Of a DNA stretch of 56,531 bases, positions 54,793 to 56,531 are shown piece by piece. Location of the stretch: sequence record SRR20825006_915; one strand, 5' to 3'. The position numbers were made by a program, and so were the translations under genes. The number at the start of each line of letters is the position of its first letter. Within the stretch, counting starts at the first letter, position 1. The notes beneath the pieces were generated by a model that was not told where the DNA came from, ran no database searches, and saw only the letters and a program-made list of their open reading frames with translations.

Positions 54793-56531
54793 ATGAATAT
54801 CAATTTTGGAAAAGAAGTTTTCGCTCACCGCCATAACGGAAACGACACCTCTGCAGTTAACGAAATGCTCGATGTTATTAAAGCTGAAGATTTAGACCAG
54901 CTTATTGATGAAACCATCCCAAAAGGTATTCGATTAAATGGTCCATTAAATCTTCCTAGGGCACTTAGTGAGGTCGATTTTCTAGAAGAGTTTCATAAAT
55001 TAGCTTCCAAAAATAAGATTTATAAGTCCTTTATTGGGATGGGTTATTATGGTACTCAGGTTCCAAATGTAATTAAACGTAATATTTTAGAAAACCCAGC
55101 TTGGTACACTGCTTATACTCCTTATCAAGCTGAAATAGCACAAGGCCGTTTAGAAGCCCTCATCAACTTCCAGACCCTGGTTAGTGATTTATCAGGAATG
55201 GAAATCGCAAATGCTTCTTTATTAGATGAAGGAACCGCAGCTGCAGAAGCTATGAGCATGTTACTAGGCCAACGCAAAGGAGCAAAGAAAAAAGAAGCAA
55301 TCAAGTTTTTCGCGAGTAATCTTTGCCATCCTCAAACAATTGATATCTTACAAACGCGAGCAGAGCCCATCGGCATAAACGTTGTTGTAGGTAATCATCA
55401 CGAAGTTGATGTGAGTGATCCTCAACTTTATGGCATTTTATTACAATATCCAGCAACAGATGGATCAGTTGAGGATTATACTAAACTGATTACTATCGCT
55501 CATGATAATAATGTTCATGTTGTAGTTGCCGCAGATTTACTTAGTCTCACTTTGTTAACTCCTCCTGGCGAAATGGGTGCAGATGTGGTAGTAGGAACTA
55601 CTCAGCGATTTGGAGTACCGATGGGATATGGAGGACCTCATGCTGCATATTTTGCTACAAAAGAAGAATTTAAGAGACAAATCCCTGGACGTATAATTGG
55701 GGTTACTCAAGATGCTGAAGGTAGATCTGCTTATAGAATGGCCCTACAAACAAGAGAACAGCATATTCGTAGAGAGAAAGCAACCTCTAATATTTGTACC
55801 GCTCAAGTTCTTCTTGCTGTAATGGCCGGAATGTACGGTGTTTACCATGGCCCCAAGGGATTAACTCAAATTGCTTCAAAAATCCATGGATTAACAAAGC
55901 TTACAAAACAAGGTCTCGATGAATTAGGTATAAGTGCTACTTCTCAAAACTTCTTTGATACTATTACTGTGGTTGCAGATAAAGCTATCATAAAACCATT
56001 GGCTGAATCACATGAAGTTAACTTCCGTTACTTTGATGATGGCCGAATTGGCATCTCTTTTGATGAAGCAAAAGAATTGGACGATGTAGCCTTAGTACTC
56101 TCAATTTTTGCAAAAGCTTTGGGTAAAGAAAGTAGCTTTGATGTCTTTAAAGCTGCTGAAAATGTGGCCGTGGAGTTACCTACTGAGCTAACAAGAACTT
56201 CTACATTTCTTGAGCATCCCGTTTTCCACTTGCATCAAACAGAGCACGAAATGCTCCGTTATATGAAGCAGCTTGAAAATAAAGACTTGTCTCTTGTTCA
56301 TTCTATGATTTCGTTGGGCTCTTGTACCATGAAATTGAATGCAACTGCAGAAATGATTCCAGTAACATGGCCAGAGTTTGCGCAAATTCATCCCTTTGTT
56401 CCAAAAGAACAAGCTGCTGGTTACACACAACTTTTTGATGAACTAAACGAATGGCTTTGTGAAATTACTGGTTTTGAAGCTATTTCACTTCAGCCAAATT
56501 CTGGTGCACAAGGTGAATATGCTGGTTTGAT
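54793..56531 (+). CDS. gcvP: Glycine dehydrogenase (glycine cleavage P protein), 3'-truncated by the window edge
   Basis: Manual translation from ATG 54793: MNINFGKEVFAHRHNG...SFIGMGYY...WYTAYTPYQAEIAQGRLEAL...NASLLDEGTAAAEA...LQTREQHIRREKATSNICTAQ...SMISLGSCTMKLN...QPNSGAQGEYAGL. Confidence 0.97.
   Translation, partial: MNINFGKEVFAHRHNGNDTSAVNEMLDVIKAEDLDQLIDETIPKGIRLNGPLNLPRALSEVDFLEEFHKLASKNKIYKSFIGMGYYGTQVPNVIKRNILENPAWYTAYTPYQAEIAQGRLEALINFQTLVSDLSGMEIANASLLDEGTAAAEAMSMLLGQRKGAKKKEAIKFFASNLCHPQTIDILQTRAEPIGINVVVGNHHEVDVSDPQLYGILLQYPATDGSVEDYTKLITIAHDNNVHVVVAADLLSLTLLTPPGEMGADVVVGTTQRFGVPMGYGGPHAAYFATKEEFKRQIPGRIIGVTQDAEGRSAYRMALQTREQHIRREKATSNICTAQVLLAVMAGMYGVYHGPKGLTQIASKIHGLTKLTKQGLDELGISATSQNFFDTITVVADKAIIKPLAESHEVNFRYFDDGRIGISFDEAKELDDVALVLSIFAKALGKESSFDVFKAAENVAVELPTELTRTSTFLEHPVFHLHQTEHEMLRYMKQLENKDLSLVHSMISLGSCTMKLNATAEMIPVTWPEFAQIHPFVPKEQAAGYTQLFDELNEWLCEITGFEAISLQPNSGAQGEYAGL

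Noticed and set aside
1576-56430. Numerous short ORFs of 60-125 aa in the track (e.g. 2772-3053, 5721-6098, 29198-29527, 56188-56430)
   Set aside because: They lie antisense to or frame-shifted within well-supported genes and have no recognisable motifs, so they are treated as shadow ORFs.

Overview
AT-rich bacterial chromosomal DNA, most likely from the FCB group and probably Balneolota/Rhodothermota-like. This is an inference from three 'QNYPNPFNP' T9SS sorting domains, a PorV/PorQ-family gene and a TonB receptor without SusD. About 30 kb (2824-33317) reads as a coherent organic-phosphorus scavenging island with two parts. Part one is a pair of divergent operons for aminophosphonate catabolism: a PhnX-like phosphonatase, a PbfA-like lyase, a TIGR03364-like FAD oxidase, a second class-III PLP enzyme where PhnW would be expected, a DUF5690 membrane protein, an XRE-cupin regulator and two PA14-tailed exported phosphoesterases. 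Part two is an 8-gene minus-strand operon: TonB receptor, giant Ca-loop protein, PorV/PorQ, a T9SS protein with 8 PPC-like repeats, a foldase, a T9SS metallophosphoesterase, a PI-PLC and a PHP hydrolase. A 32-bp box with 11-bp periodicity (Pho-box-like) occurs three times in the island's promoters. The rest of the window holds pxpABC with a NRAMP/YcsG-like transporter, a GTDC1/QTMAN-like glycosyltransferase, a T9SS-secreted peptidoglycan amidase, ydbST-like genes, a pseudo-receiver, a ZIP transporter with a DtxR/MntR-like box, a His-rich beta-propeller pair and the 5' part of gcvP. No rRNA, tRNA, CRISPR array or mobile element was seen. All family assignments come from motif recognition, not database searches.
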